From Auanema rhodensis (Eukaryota; Animalia; Nematoda): a DNA stretch of 64,000 bases. Made by a program: the position numbers and the translations under genes. Location of the stretch: NCBI GenBank assembly GCA_964057225.1, contig OZ059898.1, positions 15,748,001-15,812,000 on the forward strand, read 5' to 3'. The notes under the pieces were generated by a model. It did not search any database. It was given only the letters and a program-made list of their open reading frames with translations, and had not been told where the DNA came from. Below are positions 9,667 through 23,864 of this stretch, piece after piece (the stretch's first letter is position 1; each line of letters begins with the position of its first letter).

Positions 9667-10991
9667 ATGAAATCTAACGGACAATTACTAGCAGCATCTA
9701 AAATTTCAATTATTCTGAAGGAAATCCTAAACAAAATTTGCTGCTTGAATGATGCTTCTAAACAAAATGGTAATGTGTATATCTGGATACTGAATTTGCG
9801 TTGGTGGTTCAGGATCAACGGAGTTTTATGAATACCTTTCTTCAATGGCTGCTCTGATAGGAGATGAAATTGTTATAAACGGTTTATCAATTGTTGAATC
9901 ATATGGTGTCTCGTTACATTATGATGAAAGTAATCCCGGGATGATGGTTTCTTATATTTGTTTTCAATAGACTCATGTTAATGTTTGTAGAAGAAAGATC
10001 CAAACGAAATTGAAAAAAGCGAAGTTACACATTCCATGGTTTGATTGTTATAACACATTTGTTTCACATTCTTATACTAGGAAGATAATGTTGATCCATT
10101 GGCATTAGATCAATTGCTTCAAGATGATAATGAGGGTATGCTTCAATGTTCTAAATATGTATTCTTCTCTTAAGTTTCATTTGGATAATAGCTCAATTCA
10201 TATGCAACCGCTCATTCGTAATATGCGATTTGAAATAAAAATCGTTTTACAGATTATGCTAATGATGTATTTGAACATTTAACTGAGGATAAACCAAATA
10301 TATCTGTTTTGAATATGGTAAACTCTTAGAGCACTCATATTTAAAATCTGTATTTGGTGTTACTATAGAATAGTTCCCAAATCTCTAATCCTCGAAAAGA
10401 TAGTAATGACAGTACGGATCTATTCTCCGATACTGGTAATCAGGTAGTTACAAATTAGATCTTTGAAGTTTGTTAGATATATTTATAGTCTCTGGAATAT
10501 AAAGATGAAACATCAATCAAATTAGAATCTACTGATGATTTACCAAAAGAAATGTCTGATTATCATTCTGATGCATTAGCATTCTACGAAGTTGATCATA
10601 TGAGAAGAGAAACACAGTATTTTATTTTATTTTTTCAGGTGATTTATAGCCCGTATACACAAAACACATGTTATATTATGCCAGATGTTAACTATTGCTG
10701 CTGTAATCGTTTCCAGGCAAGTCTTAAATGGCACTTCTGATGTTGTCTTTTTATTGTTTTCTTTCATTCTTCACTCTTCTACCTTTCAGATTTTATTTCT
10801 TTTAACTCTTCTCATCTTCTTCTTTTTTTCAGAAAAATGTCGTAGAAGATGAAATTGAATATACTTGTTCTCATATAGTTGCAACATGGCTAGCTAAAGC
10901 TCTGAATAATATACGATACATTCCTGAAAAACCTGAAGCTCTTCATATTATTTCTCGTTCTTTTATTGAAATGGTCAACGAATTCCACTAG
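9667..10991 (+). CDS. sws-1: SWIM zinc-finger protein, SWS1/ZSWIM7-like (Shu complex, homologous recombination), ~272 aa
   Basis: Not in the ORF track as a whole. Exons 9667-9769, 9813-9946, 9991-10038, 10081-10135, 10253-10317, 10369-10443, 10489-10590, 10639-10716, 10833-10991 splice in frame; the last intron is GC-AG. The C-terminus NYCCCNRFQKNVVEDEIEYTCSHIVATWLAKAL fits SWIM CxC-x15-CxH followed by the xxAxxLA helix typical of SWS1/ZSWIM7. The N-terminal EYLSSMAALIGDEIVINGLSIVE resembles the ZSWIM7 N-terminal helices as I recall them. Confidence 0.8.
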
Positions 10992-13900
10992 TCATGATAT
11001 ATCTATCTATATATATATATATATATTAGGATCTTTTCTGCTCCGAGTAGACTTCAATAATCTTCAGTTTCAAGAATAGAATTTTTATTTGTTTTACTTG
11101 TGACGTAAATTCCAATTAAAGTCTTGCGATATTTTTTCTTGAACACGAAATTAACAAAAAATAGCTTAATCAGTAGCTCCCTTCTAAATTTAAATATTGT
11201 TTTGATTTCGAAAATTTTTAGAAATTATGTATTTCGTGTTATCGGTTCTACGCTTTTGATGAAGAAATGCTAAAAAATCTTTTTTTGACAGCCTGTTAAT
11301 AGCATGTCCGCCTACGCACAACGGATCTTTTCATTACAACTAGCAACCGAAAACTTTGGTGTTCTGGATGATAGAAAGTCAAAATGCCTTCTGGATGTCT
11401 GTTCATGTGACTCAAACATCAAAGTGACGTTTACTTTTTGAAAAATTTCATTTTCTTTTCAGGTGTTGAAGTTGATCCCACTTTTCAATATTCTTAAAAA
11501 AAGAAATATAGGGTATAGAGAGTGAACCAGCTATGTATGAACATAGAAATAAATAGAAAATGAATAGAAAAAAACAATAAAAAAGAAAAAACTTGAAGAA
11601 GAAATCAAAAAGGTTATTAAGCTCAAACATAAATTGGTGTTGATGCTAAAATACGGAATTGAACACAGAGAGCTTTTTCTTTTTTTCAGAAAATCATGAG
11701 AATAATGTTTTTTTTCTTCAAGCAATTGAATAACGGAACCAAAATTCTCAAAAAATATAATTTGACATGAGGAACATCTATGTATGATCATCTTGAATCA
11801 GATACTCATTAGTTTCATGAACACGTAAATAAACCTTAGAATGTTCAAACATGAGTTCACTTTGTGTTTCCTCATCATTCTGGAAACTATGTATGAACAC
11901 GAATCAGTGCTTTTATGATGACTATATTAGCTTTCACAGTGAATTCTTGAGCTAAAAAGATCAACTGGTTTTTCATAATTTACCAAAAAAAAGTTAATTT
12001 GTTTCAAAAATTAAAACTAAAATCTGGTATTGCTTGTATGGCCTATGCGAATGTTTCGTTCATTAAAATGGTCTTCAGAAATTTGAACGCTAAGCTTATT
12101 TTATATTTCGAAAACCTGATTTCTGCTCATTAGCTAATCGATGAGACAATTTGAGAAATTAATTTTTTTTGGTTTAATTGGTCAAGTACAATGTGCGGAG
12201 CTAATAGCTTTCTGAAGCTTTTTGGCAAAAATCTTAATTTTGAAAGCATGTGGACAGAGAGCAATTGGCATTAGCTGATAATGCTGATACAAATTTGAAG
12301 CATTGTCGCAGCAAAGTAAGACGATAATCAAGATGCTTGAAGTAAAGCTCATATTCCAATATAAGTTTATACTATTTATGATACGTATTAGTTCGTATGT
12401 TACTTTATGATTCCATGAATTGCCAAGTTCTAGTCATAAAAATGGTCAGTTAGGCGACAATCATAAGTTGGAACAGCCAAAAGAGCAGAGAGCATTTACA
12501 TGACAGGACTGGACGTTTCGTCGAAAGCAAAGACCAGTTTGGACTTTGTAAACATGTAAACAGATTAAAGAACATGGAAAGGATGTTTTGATTCCGAAAT
12601 TGAAACATAAAAGACAACAGCAACAGATGCAGCAAAGCTGTAACATGCAACATGCATGGTATAAGCTAAATGATTACCAGGAAGCTGATGATTAGAAATG
12701 CCTTTTGAACATTTGTCATCAAAAGCTATGAAATCTCACAGACATTTTCAATTAAACCTGAACACAAGCCTTCCACCATTTGTTTCTTTCCATTCCAGCA
12801 CCTACTCTATTCTAATACTAGTGATAAAGAACATTATTTCAAGAATATCAATTAAAATTTAAGTGGCTGGCTGATTGTTGTGTATGTATGTGAGTTTTGA
12901 TGATCAAGAGTTTCCAAATATAATACATCAACTTCACGTTTCAAAAGGGAAAGCCTTGTTCCACTTATATTGTTTCACATACATACATGTACATATGTAT
13001 ATACACATACACATACATGTATGATGAAAAATCTGAGAGAAATGATGAAAAGAGCTGATAGAGAGATGAGGTTACAAAGAGAAATATTTAGTATATCATA
13101 TATACATATATGTATATTAAATATATTTATGCATTATGTTATTTAAATTTAATTTTGTTTTCAAAATTCAAACTCTTTAATTTCAATTTGATATCATTGG
13201 AACAACTTTTATGTATTTTTCGAATATTATTTCAATTTTTCAAATATACGCATATATTACTTTTCTTTTTTCTCTCTTTTTTCATAATAAAAATTAATAA
13301 AAAGAAAAATATGAAAGAAACTATTTTTATTCATATTATTACTACTAAGATTAGAATTCCGTAACCAAATTAACATCAAGTAGCTATCAGAAAACCAAAA
13401 AAAAAATTCGTTTTACAAGCCAATCTTCCACATTTCATAATGAAATAGCAGCCTATTAAAGGGTGATTGTCTAGAATTGATCAAGGAAAATGTGATTTAT
13501 CAAGTCTATGCTTTGATTTGGCTTCTATTTCCTTTTATCATATAAGAGTTTGAGCAACATATAGCATTATATATTTGTTTTTTCAATGTTTTCAGACATC
13601 AATAATAATTTTTTAAAAAAAAAATGTAAATATAAAAATATAATTTCTATAATTTTCTTTTTTCATAATTCAATAATTATTATAAATATTAATATTTGTA
13701 GAATTATTAGACATATACATGCATATACATGTATGCTAAGAAGCAGCAATTTATGCTTCTTTTTGAAATAATTAAATAGATTGAATATTTCATGAAATCT
13801 TAAAGTCATTCATCAAACTTTATATCTTTTGATACATAATAATTGAAAATAATACTTTTTCTTTGGATTATAAAAGAGTAAAAACGAATTAAACTCTGAT

Positions 13901-14909
13901 GTTTTACTACTATTAGAATATGTGTTTCTTTATGTTTTGTAATATTTAATTTTAAAAAATAATTAAGAAATATGATCAACCGTTTAACTGATCCATTCAA
14001 AATTAAATAATCAAACCCACGTTTCACGTAACTCTCTCCCTCTTTCTCTCTCTCTCTCTATCTCTCTCTCTCTCTACGTTCATTTATCTCAATATCACGT
14101 ATAGTTCTTCATTAGAGTATTGAAATATGTACTACATATAATCAAGTTTTTAATAATTTTATTTTTTACTTTTTAAACATTTGAGCTTTTAGTTTTATCC
14201 GTTTTTTTCTGATAACTCTCAATACTTTTTTTGAATCTCTTTACTTGAATCTAGACATTTCTAGTGGAAAATAACTAAATTAATTTCTTTTCTTCAATAT
14301 TTCTCTGGCCAATGAATGTTTCAAATTAAAATTTTGTTCTTCAACAGAGGAAAAAAAACTTTTTTTCAGGAAATTTCTAATTGAATTTGTTTTATTATTT
14401 ATTAATATATAATATATGTATGATAGTTAACTGCATATACATAGTATATATCATTCACGTCATTTGCAAATTCATAATTCTTCGTGACACCTACTTCCAT
14501 CTAAAAACCAAAACAAAATTTAGATCGAATGAATTCATTAACTATACCTTCTTCAATGTTTCATAATAATTGCATATTTATCATCTGAGAAACTTGAGCT
14601 TTTTTTTGTGTCTCACCTTCAACTTAACCAGCATTAGCTATTCATCTGAGCAACTTAGCTGCACTCAAATCAACGATATGAATAGATTTCCTGTTTTCTT
14701 CTAATATGAGATATTCAATATCGATAATAGTTTAACTTCGATAATAGTTTTTCCATGTACTACAAGTTCAGTGATAGTCGAAAGAGTGATAGAGTTTGGG
14801 TCAACAAGTATGACTGTATGTAACATCAAAACTTGATGTTTCCCTCATTTAGAATAAGCGTTATGTAAATTCTGCAAATGTTTCGTCTACTCTCAAAAGG
14901 GCTAAACGA

Positions 14910-14913
<4 letters not shown>

Positions 14914-14958
<45 letters not shown>

Positions 14959-14965
14959 TTCTCTC
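14914..14965. repeat. (CT)n microsatellite
   Basis: Dinucleotide run seen directly. Confidence 0.95.
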
Positions 14966-17900
14966 TTTTTCGCTTTTTATATTCCATTTTTTATCCTCCC
15001 ACAAAGTCTTGTTTCTCATTCACAACAATGTCCACTAGGCCTTTATTTTAGAATCAATTTGGCCAATTCCTTGGGGCCATGCCAGCTTCATGTTACTTTG
15101 GCCTGGTTATGGAACCCATTTCGTTTGGTCCGTCTTCTCTATCGCAACATTCTTGCTCACGTTTGTTTGTTGTTCGCTTGATCGTTGCTCTATCCCTGCT
15201 GTCCGACCCCTCCCCTTTTCCTCTCTATTACTCTCTACTCCTTTCATCTGTATCTCTGTCCACTTCTGGATACTTCAGTATCTCTCTTCCGTTATCTTCC
15301 TCCTCTTTCACCTTCTATTCCTCACACGTTACTATTCTCTCTCTGTTTCTCTTATATGCCTATCTTGGGACCACACCCTCCTTCACTCTCTTCCTTTTTT
15401 TTGAATTTGCTATTTCTCTTTTTTTCGTTCACTGCTCCACTCTCAGGACGAAACATTGGCGCTGGCGACAACGTTTGAAAACCTCAATGCTTTCTTTCCA
15501 AGGGGCTACTAACAGAAAGTTCCGGAACGCCCACTACTTTTGATTCGGTTGAAACTCGAAAAAGTGATGAAAATAGAATAGAATTGGAGAAAATATGATC
15601 GCAATAGAGGACAAAAAACTTCAGAAAAATATGCAAAACGGCTTTCCAAATGACATTTGGAGATGTGAGTCTTAATCCGGAAAAAGTCTTTCCAAAATTC
15701 AAAATGCGCAGGTAAAACCAATCCAGAAACTTATTTTTCAGCTTGATTAGAGGAAAATAGCTAAATATGACTATAAATTCATATTTGTGTACAGCTTAAT
15801 AGCTTAACTATGTCATATATACGGAAATGGATAGGTTTGCAGAACAGCTTAATCCATTTTCTATCAATTTCTTGCTGATTCTCTGCTTGTTTCTTGTTGA
15901 AACAGCAGTTTCATTGCATCAACATTTGCCAAATTCATTGCTGAAAATTGAATTTCCAAAAAAAAAAATCGAACAGCTGAAATTACAATTGAAGCAGGAA
16001 TCTGATTTTGTTTTTTATCAGAGGCCATAAGGTTATTGATCTTGTAATAGTATTTTCATGTTTGTGCTATCCATCTACTTCCTAGGATCCAGAATTTGCA
16101 ACTTCGATTCATCAATCTACCGCCTTATTTCATCTACAGTTGTACTTTTCCTTTGAGGTTATTTGGAAGACAAGCATAAAGATTGAAGATGATATATCAT
16201 TCTGGGTTGCTGAAGTTTTTTGTTTCTCAGTCTGTCAAGTTGAAACTAAGTTTTGAAACTGCTAAACTTCACGGAAATATGAAAAGAGGGAAAAGAAACT
16301 GAATCATTAGTATTATCTAGGAGTATATTCATATTTTACTGAGTTCGTATAGATTTCATTATTTGAAAACAAATAAAATGAAATAATTTATAACAAAATA
16401 AGTAATAGTAACATGTAGCTTCATACATATGTGATTAATCAGAAAATATAAATTAAGCATTATAACGAAATGCAAACTTGAGCTGCAACAACATTCAGGC
16501 CACTAGGTATGTTACTAGATAGGCTACTAGACATAGGTGGATTGAAACTTGTAAGCATCCACACACCAAACTTCTTTATTCAGCATTTTCTGATGAAGGT
16601 TTTTGTTTCTTTCAACCTCTATCCTATCATTTCATTGTTTCTCTGTTTTATATCATTTTCTACTCCTCTCTGTACACATTCAATCGACCTACGCAGCATT
16701 AAGTTCGCAGATTTGATTTGTTTATGTTTGTAAACTATCACATTGACATTTCATTTTGAAACATTTAAACGAACAAAAAGTAAAATAATGAAAGCAAATT
16801 GCCAAATGTTAGCCATATGTCAACTGTGTTTATGATACAAAACTTTGTTTTTTTTTTAAATATTCCTTTCTCTTCTCTTCTTTTCTTCTGTTCTTCCTCT
16901 CATATTCTCACAAATTTACAATATTCTTCTTATATGTATGAATCTTTACATTGATATATCATGTTTTGAATATAAACTTCCATCTATCTTACCTTTCAAC
17001 TTAATTTTCAAATCTGATTCATAATTCAAAAGTTCATTTTTTTTCTGCTAATTTTAATAACACAAATTAATATTTAAAATTGTGCAAAGCATTAGAAATT
17101 AGAATTACAAATACAAAAGAATTATTAGTTTTGAACATTATAATGAGAAAAAAAAACTTTTTATTTTATTTATTTATTTCGTTTTTTATTCAACTGAATA
17201 TTTTTTCTCCATTTTCAATTTGTCTTCAAGCTTTCATTAATCATTGGCCCAATATCTAAGTAGTTTGCTTTGCTTAATTTGAAATTCTCACCTTTTCTGC
17301 TAAAAATGTGTTCATTCATCATGGATACAATTAAAAACTACATCTGGTCTTGCCAATTCATCTCGATTTTCTTTTTTTTCTCTTTAAGTAGTTTGACGTA
17401 TTTTGAGAAAATGCTGTCAAAACCTGGCGAAGAGAAACAAATCAGAATAAACAATTTGCAGCCATCGCTAAAGCATTCTACATTATACTGATACGATCCA
17501 TGAAATCGAATTTAGCAATAGAATCTGATGATTGGCAAACGTTTCGTTATTTGTATTGGCAAGAGTAAAGCTCATATTCCTATGCCTGATATCAAACATG
17601 CAATTTTTCTCCTCGGTTTGTTCAAAATTCTATTGTGACCATATTGAATTGAGGAGTATATGGGTATGGAACGTTGTGTTTTTTCCTTGTTTTATTTCAT
17701 ATATTTTTATTGAATTAAGTGAAAGAAAGCTTCCAATATATAGCATGACAATTGAGGAATAATATCATGAAGTGAGTGGTCATTGGAAACATGCAACGTA
17801 ATATAGAATAATCAAGAATCAACTGAGTTGATTGAAATAGAGATGAAGGCAAAACATACGAGAGGGAGAGAGAGAGAGAGAGAGATGCAAAGTGAACGTA

Positions 17901-18983
17901 AATGAGAGAAAAAGCTGGAAAATGTCTGAATGCGGGTTTCCAGAGTAAGGAGACAGACTTACATCCGTGTTCAGTGTTTGATTTTCACAAAGTAATTCAG
18001 TTAATTATGTCTGATATTACGTGCACACGTTGTTGTATGCAAATTTTCACGTTGCTCTCTAAACGCTTAATTGTATGTGGAGATGCAAATAAGAACATAG
18101 ATTGCATAAGCTAATTCTCTCATAAATTTTATAATTTACTAACTATAATATAATATTTTATAATTAATCAATATATATATATATATATATTCTTTTTTTT
18201 TTGTTTCTCAAATATTTATATTTAGTTCATATTTAAAAATTGTACTTTTCACACAAAATCATAAATTAGTATAAAATGTAAGCTGATCAATAATCAAATA
18301 ATACATTTTAAGTTAATTACAACTCAACTACATTACATTCTTATGACTAGAATACAAAAAAATGAAAATCTTTTCTTCTTTTTCATTATATTTTTCCATT
18401 TACTCTCCGTTAGTGGTGAACTTCAGCAAATACGATCGTGCTGGAGGTCATCAGGCATGAGGCAGCCTGGCGAATGCTCATATCAAGGCTGCAAAGCTAT
18501 CAAAAACTTGCATTGATAGACTACGCTTATTTGATTCATGAGCATTACTTGTTATATCATTTTCATCTAATCACGTACGATTTTTCCGAGTTTTCATGAA
18601 GTTCCTTCATGTCTCTCTCTTTCATTCGCTTTATGTTTTTCTTCTTTTTTTTATCTTTCTCTTTGTTTCCCTTTCTCTCCCACCCCCTCTCCCTCTCTCT
18701 CGATCTCTTTAACTGCCCTTCCAATCCATTTTGCTAGCTTCTTCTTTGGTTTTTACTCATCTTAACTCATTCTTGTTATCGTCCACGAAAAAAAGCGCTA
18801 GAGTCCATAGAAATATTCACTTGTTGCGCATACTCTATTATTCGTCCTAAAAGGCGATGAAATTCAATTACTTTTCACTTTACTGCTCTCTACAACAGCT
18901 GTTCCGTTTTTGAAATATATTTTTCTTCATGTATGTATGCATCATTCATATATTCATATGGTGTTTCTCCATCAATTCTAATA

Positions 18984-18986
<3 letters not shown>

Positions 18987-19021
<35 letters not shown>

Positions 19022-19045
19022 ACCTTTTTCTCTCTCTCTCTTTCT
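18987..19045. repeat. (CT)n microsatellite
   Basis: Dinucleotide run with an interruption. Confidence 0.9.
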
Positions 19046-19340
19046 CACCCTCTTTACTTCTCTCTATCACTCTCACTTTCTTCTTATACCAATATATATC
19101 TTTTATCTTGCTTAATATTCAAATCTGAATACATTATATCAACACAACCTACCGTAATCATAAATATCTTCGGCCATAATTTAAAGAAATTATTATTTTT
19201 TTCTCAATCACAAGCTCTCTCCTGAGGACAAACAAGCAATGTGATTATTAATTTCGGTAAAGCGCTTATTTGTTCTCTCATTATGGTCATATTAGTTGAT
19301 TTATATGTTCACACTCTCATAAACCTTTACTAACTCACCC

Positions 19341-19392
19341 CCTCTTTCTGTCTCTCTCTGTCTCTCTCTGTTTCTCTCTCTCTGTCTCTCTC

Positions 19393-19477
<85 letters not shown>
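19341..19477. repeat. (CT)n microsatellite with CTGT-variant units
   Basis: One of the longest CT tracts in the window. Confidence 0.95.
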
Positions 19478-19479
<2 letters not shown>

Positions 19480-20745
19480 TCAATCACACAAAATTTGAAT
19501 AACTATATCGGCTAACTATTATCAAGAGTAATCAGTCATTTTTCTGTATTTTTAGTCGAAAAATTCCAATTAAATATAACGACTATGAAAAGTTTTTTTT
19601 TCATTTAAAACTTTATTATACTATAGCTATCATTTTTCTTTATTATTATTATAATATACTATACCATATAAAGCATTTTCTATCATCTATCTTTTTGAAA
19701 TTTGATGTCAAAAATACTTTTTTTCCCAATGATTATTCTAACTTTACTCAGAAATTCATGAGACAAATTGCCAACATACATTGTTCATTCTTTAAACATT
19801 TTCTACACCCAATTCAGCTAATCATTCAATGTATTTTGAACCAAATTCAAATTTCTCGGACAATCTTTTGCTCAATTGCTTGTTTCCGTTTCATAAATAT
19901 CCGTGGTTGTTATTTCGGTAGGGTATTTCTTTGAAACTTTTGTCTCAATGTTCAGCTTACAATGTGACTTCATACTCGGCTATTTGTGTCTTTTTGTATT
20001 CTTTCTTCAATCTCTTTTAAATGTCTCTCTCTCTCTCTCTTTATTCTCTCTCACTCTCTCTCACTCTCTGCCTATTGCTCACATTCTCTCTACTTTATAT
20101 CTTTATAATGACCGCACACTTCTCTCTCTACCTTTTACGCTCTCTCATAATTTTACTCTGAGATCTCCATGAACTATGAATGTTTGTATGTATTATGTGA
20201 GAAAATATGTATATAAAGCTGTCCTCTACTACAAACTATTGTTGTACCAAGCCTACATGGCTTTTCGATTTGAAGACCATAGTTGAGGCCAGCCGTAAAT
20301 GGTCCAAGAAATTGCTCTCTAAGCATTCTGCTACTATCATTCGGCTCGTTTGGGCAAAATAGAAATGTTTTGTTTCAAAACATCCCCGCATTTCTTGTTC
20401 ATCCCGCTTTTCCCATTTCATTCAGGAGGCACTGCTTCTCCTGTTTTAGCATTTTTCTACTTAGTATGTTCAAGTATACTTTGAATGTTTCCCTATTTTT
20501 CATTCAAATAGATATCTCTCCTCCCACACTCCATATCTGAGCATCTAGCCTCGTATTTCCCATATTATCCTATCGTTTTCTCGGTCGACTTATCCCTCTA
20601 GTTCCACTTCTTTTTTTGCCGACAATTTCCGAATTGAAATCAACCATTGCACCATACCTCAACTACAATATCTACTACAATCTTTCCCTCCCCCCCCCTT
20701 TTTCTCAACTCTCTCTCTCTCTCAAGTCTCCATCTCTCTCTCTCT

Positions 20746-20788
<43 letters not shown>

Positions 20789-22430
20789 CCTCTCTCTGTC
20801 CTTCTCGAACTCTCTACCGTTTCCTATTCATCTTTATTCTTTTTGCCACTTGTTCTGCCCTTCCATTTTTTTGCATTTTTTCTTTCTGTCTTCATCACCT
20901 CTCTCCATTCTCCCACTCCTCCTATCTCTCGCTCATAACATTAGTAGTAGGCTCAATTTTCTTCAAAACTGTTCTTTAATGTTATTGCTCTCTGGGACGT
21001 AATATTTGCCCAGTTCAAACCATGAGTTTGCTGATTTTTAAATATTTACTCTACTGCCAACAGCGGCTCTCCGGAACCTCAAGCCTTCTCAGCTTGCTGT
21101 AACTTACCTCTAACCATCCAATTGCTTTTTATTCTGTTCACTCATACCGTTATGTCAATGTATAAGAAGAACGCAAAGTTTTATTTCGCAACATCAAAAC
21201 TGGAGAAGTTCAAGGATTGTTGTGAGATGAATATGAGATTCAAAGACTAAAGACAATATTGTTTTTACAATATATGTATTTGGCCACCTTCATACCACCT
21301 TCATACCCTCATTATACATAATAAACTGAACAAAATTGTATTATTAATATATAATTAAAACTAATTATATATATAATAACGTTCAAAAAAAATAAGATAA
21401 TATTGAGATTATATAGTTAAAGCAAGAAGATAGCAATGCAATCGACCACAGCTGAAGTTGCTACTTTCCAAAACTAGTTGGATTATATGCTTTTCCCCTC
21501 TTTCCTCTCAACTTTACAATTTATTTGCATAAGGTAAAACTAAAATTACCTTTATATGTTCAGTTGTTAACATACATACTATGTATATCTGAACTATGTT
21601 TCAAATTCTGGGAAGAAACAAAAAGAAAGAAAGAAAAGAAACAGTAGTTTTCAGTTCCATATTCATCTATAATTCATAAAGCATTGCTGATGAAGCTTCT
21701 CATGTTGCATCACACAATACGCTTTCATTTTTTTCCTTTTTCTTTCATACATCTTCCATCACTTTTTTTTTCTCGCAGTCAAGTTTGCCCTTTCGCTCCA
21801 TCATTACACCTACGCTATACAATATTTTTCATTTGTGATTAGATAATATTTTTTGATTTTATCTTCCTATTTGTAATTGTTTCCTTCATTTGCATCAAAT
21901 ATCGTCTTCTTCTTGAATATGTTATATGTCAATTTCTCCCCTTTTCTCCTTTAATCTTACATGAGTTTCAGCTTCTGCACTCAATTTTTAGATTAATTCT
22001 CTTCGTGTTTTGCCTGCTCTCTCCCTCTCAATCTCTCACTCTCCCTTTCAATATCTCTAGATATATCTTTCATTTTTGTTATGTTCGTTTGCGACTAAGT
22101 TATTTGAATTTGAAAATTGGTCAACATGTGTCCACGTCACCGGATGCTCATCTTGGGTGGCTTCAGAATATGGCAACATAGCATAACAGCTGCAGCTAGC
22201 CGTTCATTGCTCGCTCTATAGACTTTTGGTCAAACTTTTCATTTGCTTCAGCTTTAAACCCCCTGGGGTTAAATTTGATAATTCTTTTCGACACGATTGA
22301 TGTTCTTTTTGAAAAGTGATTGAAATCACAGAGTGACTACCGTTGCGTTCTCATTTTCTCTTAAGAATTTCGATTCATCATACTCAGCTTCTTTACTGTT
22401 TCAGCCAATTTGATAATTGTGACTGAACTT

Positions 22431-22433
<3 letters not shown>

Positions 22434-22491
<58 letters not shown>

Positions 22492-22500
22492 TCTCTATCT
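22434..22500. repeat. (CT)n microsatellite
   Basis: Dinucleotide run. Confidence 0.95.
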
Positions 22501-23256
22501 CGCTATCTCCCTCTCGCTCTATCGGAGTGTTATTATACTCAATCTTTGCTTTCATTTCTCTCTTAGTAGTATTCTTTTTACTTTTTTTTTTAAAAAACGT
22601 CATTTTTTTCTGAATGAAAATCCCTCACTCAAACCAAAAATTTAATTTTTTTTGAGCCGTCAAATTCAATTTTGAAACACAGCAAACGTTTTTCCGTTTT
22701 TGTGAATGTTTTTGGTGAAGACAAACAAATGGCATTCAGCAAACTTTCCGAATGAATTTTATTTACTTTTCAAGCATTTATCATCGTTTAAACTATTATC
22801 TTTCTGTACATTTATTATCATATTTATAAATATAAATAAATATATAGATAGATATAGATATAGATATAGATAGATCTAATTATATATAATATTTAAATAT
22901 ATTTAATTTATGTATATACATATAGTGATATGCAATAGATATTCATAGACAATTTCTATTTTTTCTCATTTCTGCAGGTCAATTTTAATATTTTATTTCT
23001 TTTTCTCTTTAATACATATATAAGTTGATTTGAAAATAGTATAAAGATTGAAAAAAAAATAGTTTTAAACACAAAGTTTTATTAACAAGTTTCTTCTTTT
23101 ATTTAAATAATTTTATAAATATAGTTTTAGCTTTTTCAACTAAACTAATATAACTAGATATTCATCATTATGACAAAAAAAAAAGAATTTCGGTTAAAAT
23201 TAATTTTTTTTCTTATACTTGCGTGATAAAATAATATTTTATTTAATGCTAATATA

Positions 23257-23297
23257 TCACGTAAAATGTTTATGTGTTCACGTGAAATACACGTGAA
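23257..23297. promoter_or_regulatory. Cluster of ACGT-core (E-box/CLEAR-like) motifs
   Basis: TCACGTAA at 23257; TTCACGTG-aaata-CACGTGAA inverted pair at 23277-23297, in very AT-rich flanks. Function is inferred. Confidence 0.5.
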
Positions 23298-23805
23298 TCC
23301 TATTCTCATTCAATTCATTTAATTTGAATTCAAATGCACTAGTTGGTTGCTTACGTTTTTGAAAGCTAAACGATAAACTATATATATACAATTAATTTTC
23401 TGCCGGATGGCAAGGAAATTTTTCTATTTGAAATTCATGTTTGATAGCTAAAAGCAATAGTTAATTAATAAGATTATCTATACTGTAATACTACATAGGA
23501 AACAATTATATTAACATAAAATAACTATTTATATTTCTTAGTTTTGAAAAAAAAATTTTTTTTTCAATTTTAAAACTTTTTCTCACTGAGTTTTATATGC
23601 TATAAATTATATATATTATATGTATATATATATATACATATATGTATAGATATATATATGTACATATGTAGTTGAATGTATATAGTATAAACTTAATTTT
23701 TATATTTATATATATATATATATATCATAACACTAACTATAAACGAGTATAGATAGATATTTTCATATCTATTAGTTATACCTACTAGAGAGAGGGATAT
23801 AGCTA

Positions 23806-23808
23806 GAA

Positions 23809-23863
<55 letters not shown>
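23806..23863. repeat. (GA)n microsatellite
   Basis: Dinucleotide run. Confidence 0.95.

Positions 23864-23864
<1 letters not shown>

Noticed and set aside
12171-12245. SL1-RNA-like string GGTTTAATTGGTCAAGTACAAT|GT with AATTTTGA ~65 nt downstream
   Set aside because: Only ~15/22 matches to SL1, no AG|GTAA donor, and no sequence to form stem-loop I or a 3' GC hairpin; most likely chance in AT-rich DNA. An Infernal search with the SL1/SL2 models would settle it.
12547-12562. Tandem TGTAAACA-TGTAAACA (DAF-16/FOX elements) and scattered GTAAACA sites
   Set aside because: The total count across the desert (~8 by eye) is no more than expected for this base composition, and the tandem lies 50 kb from fkh-9.
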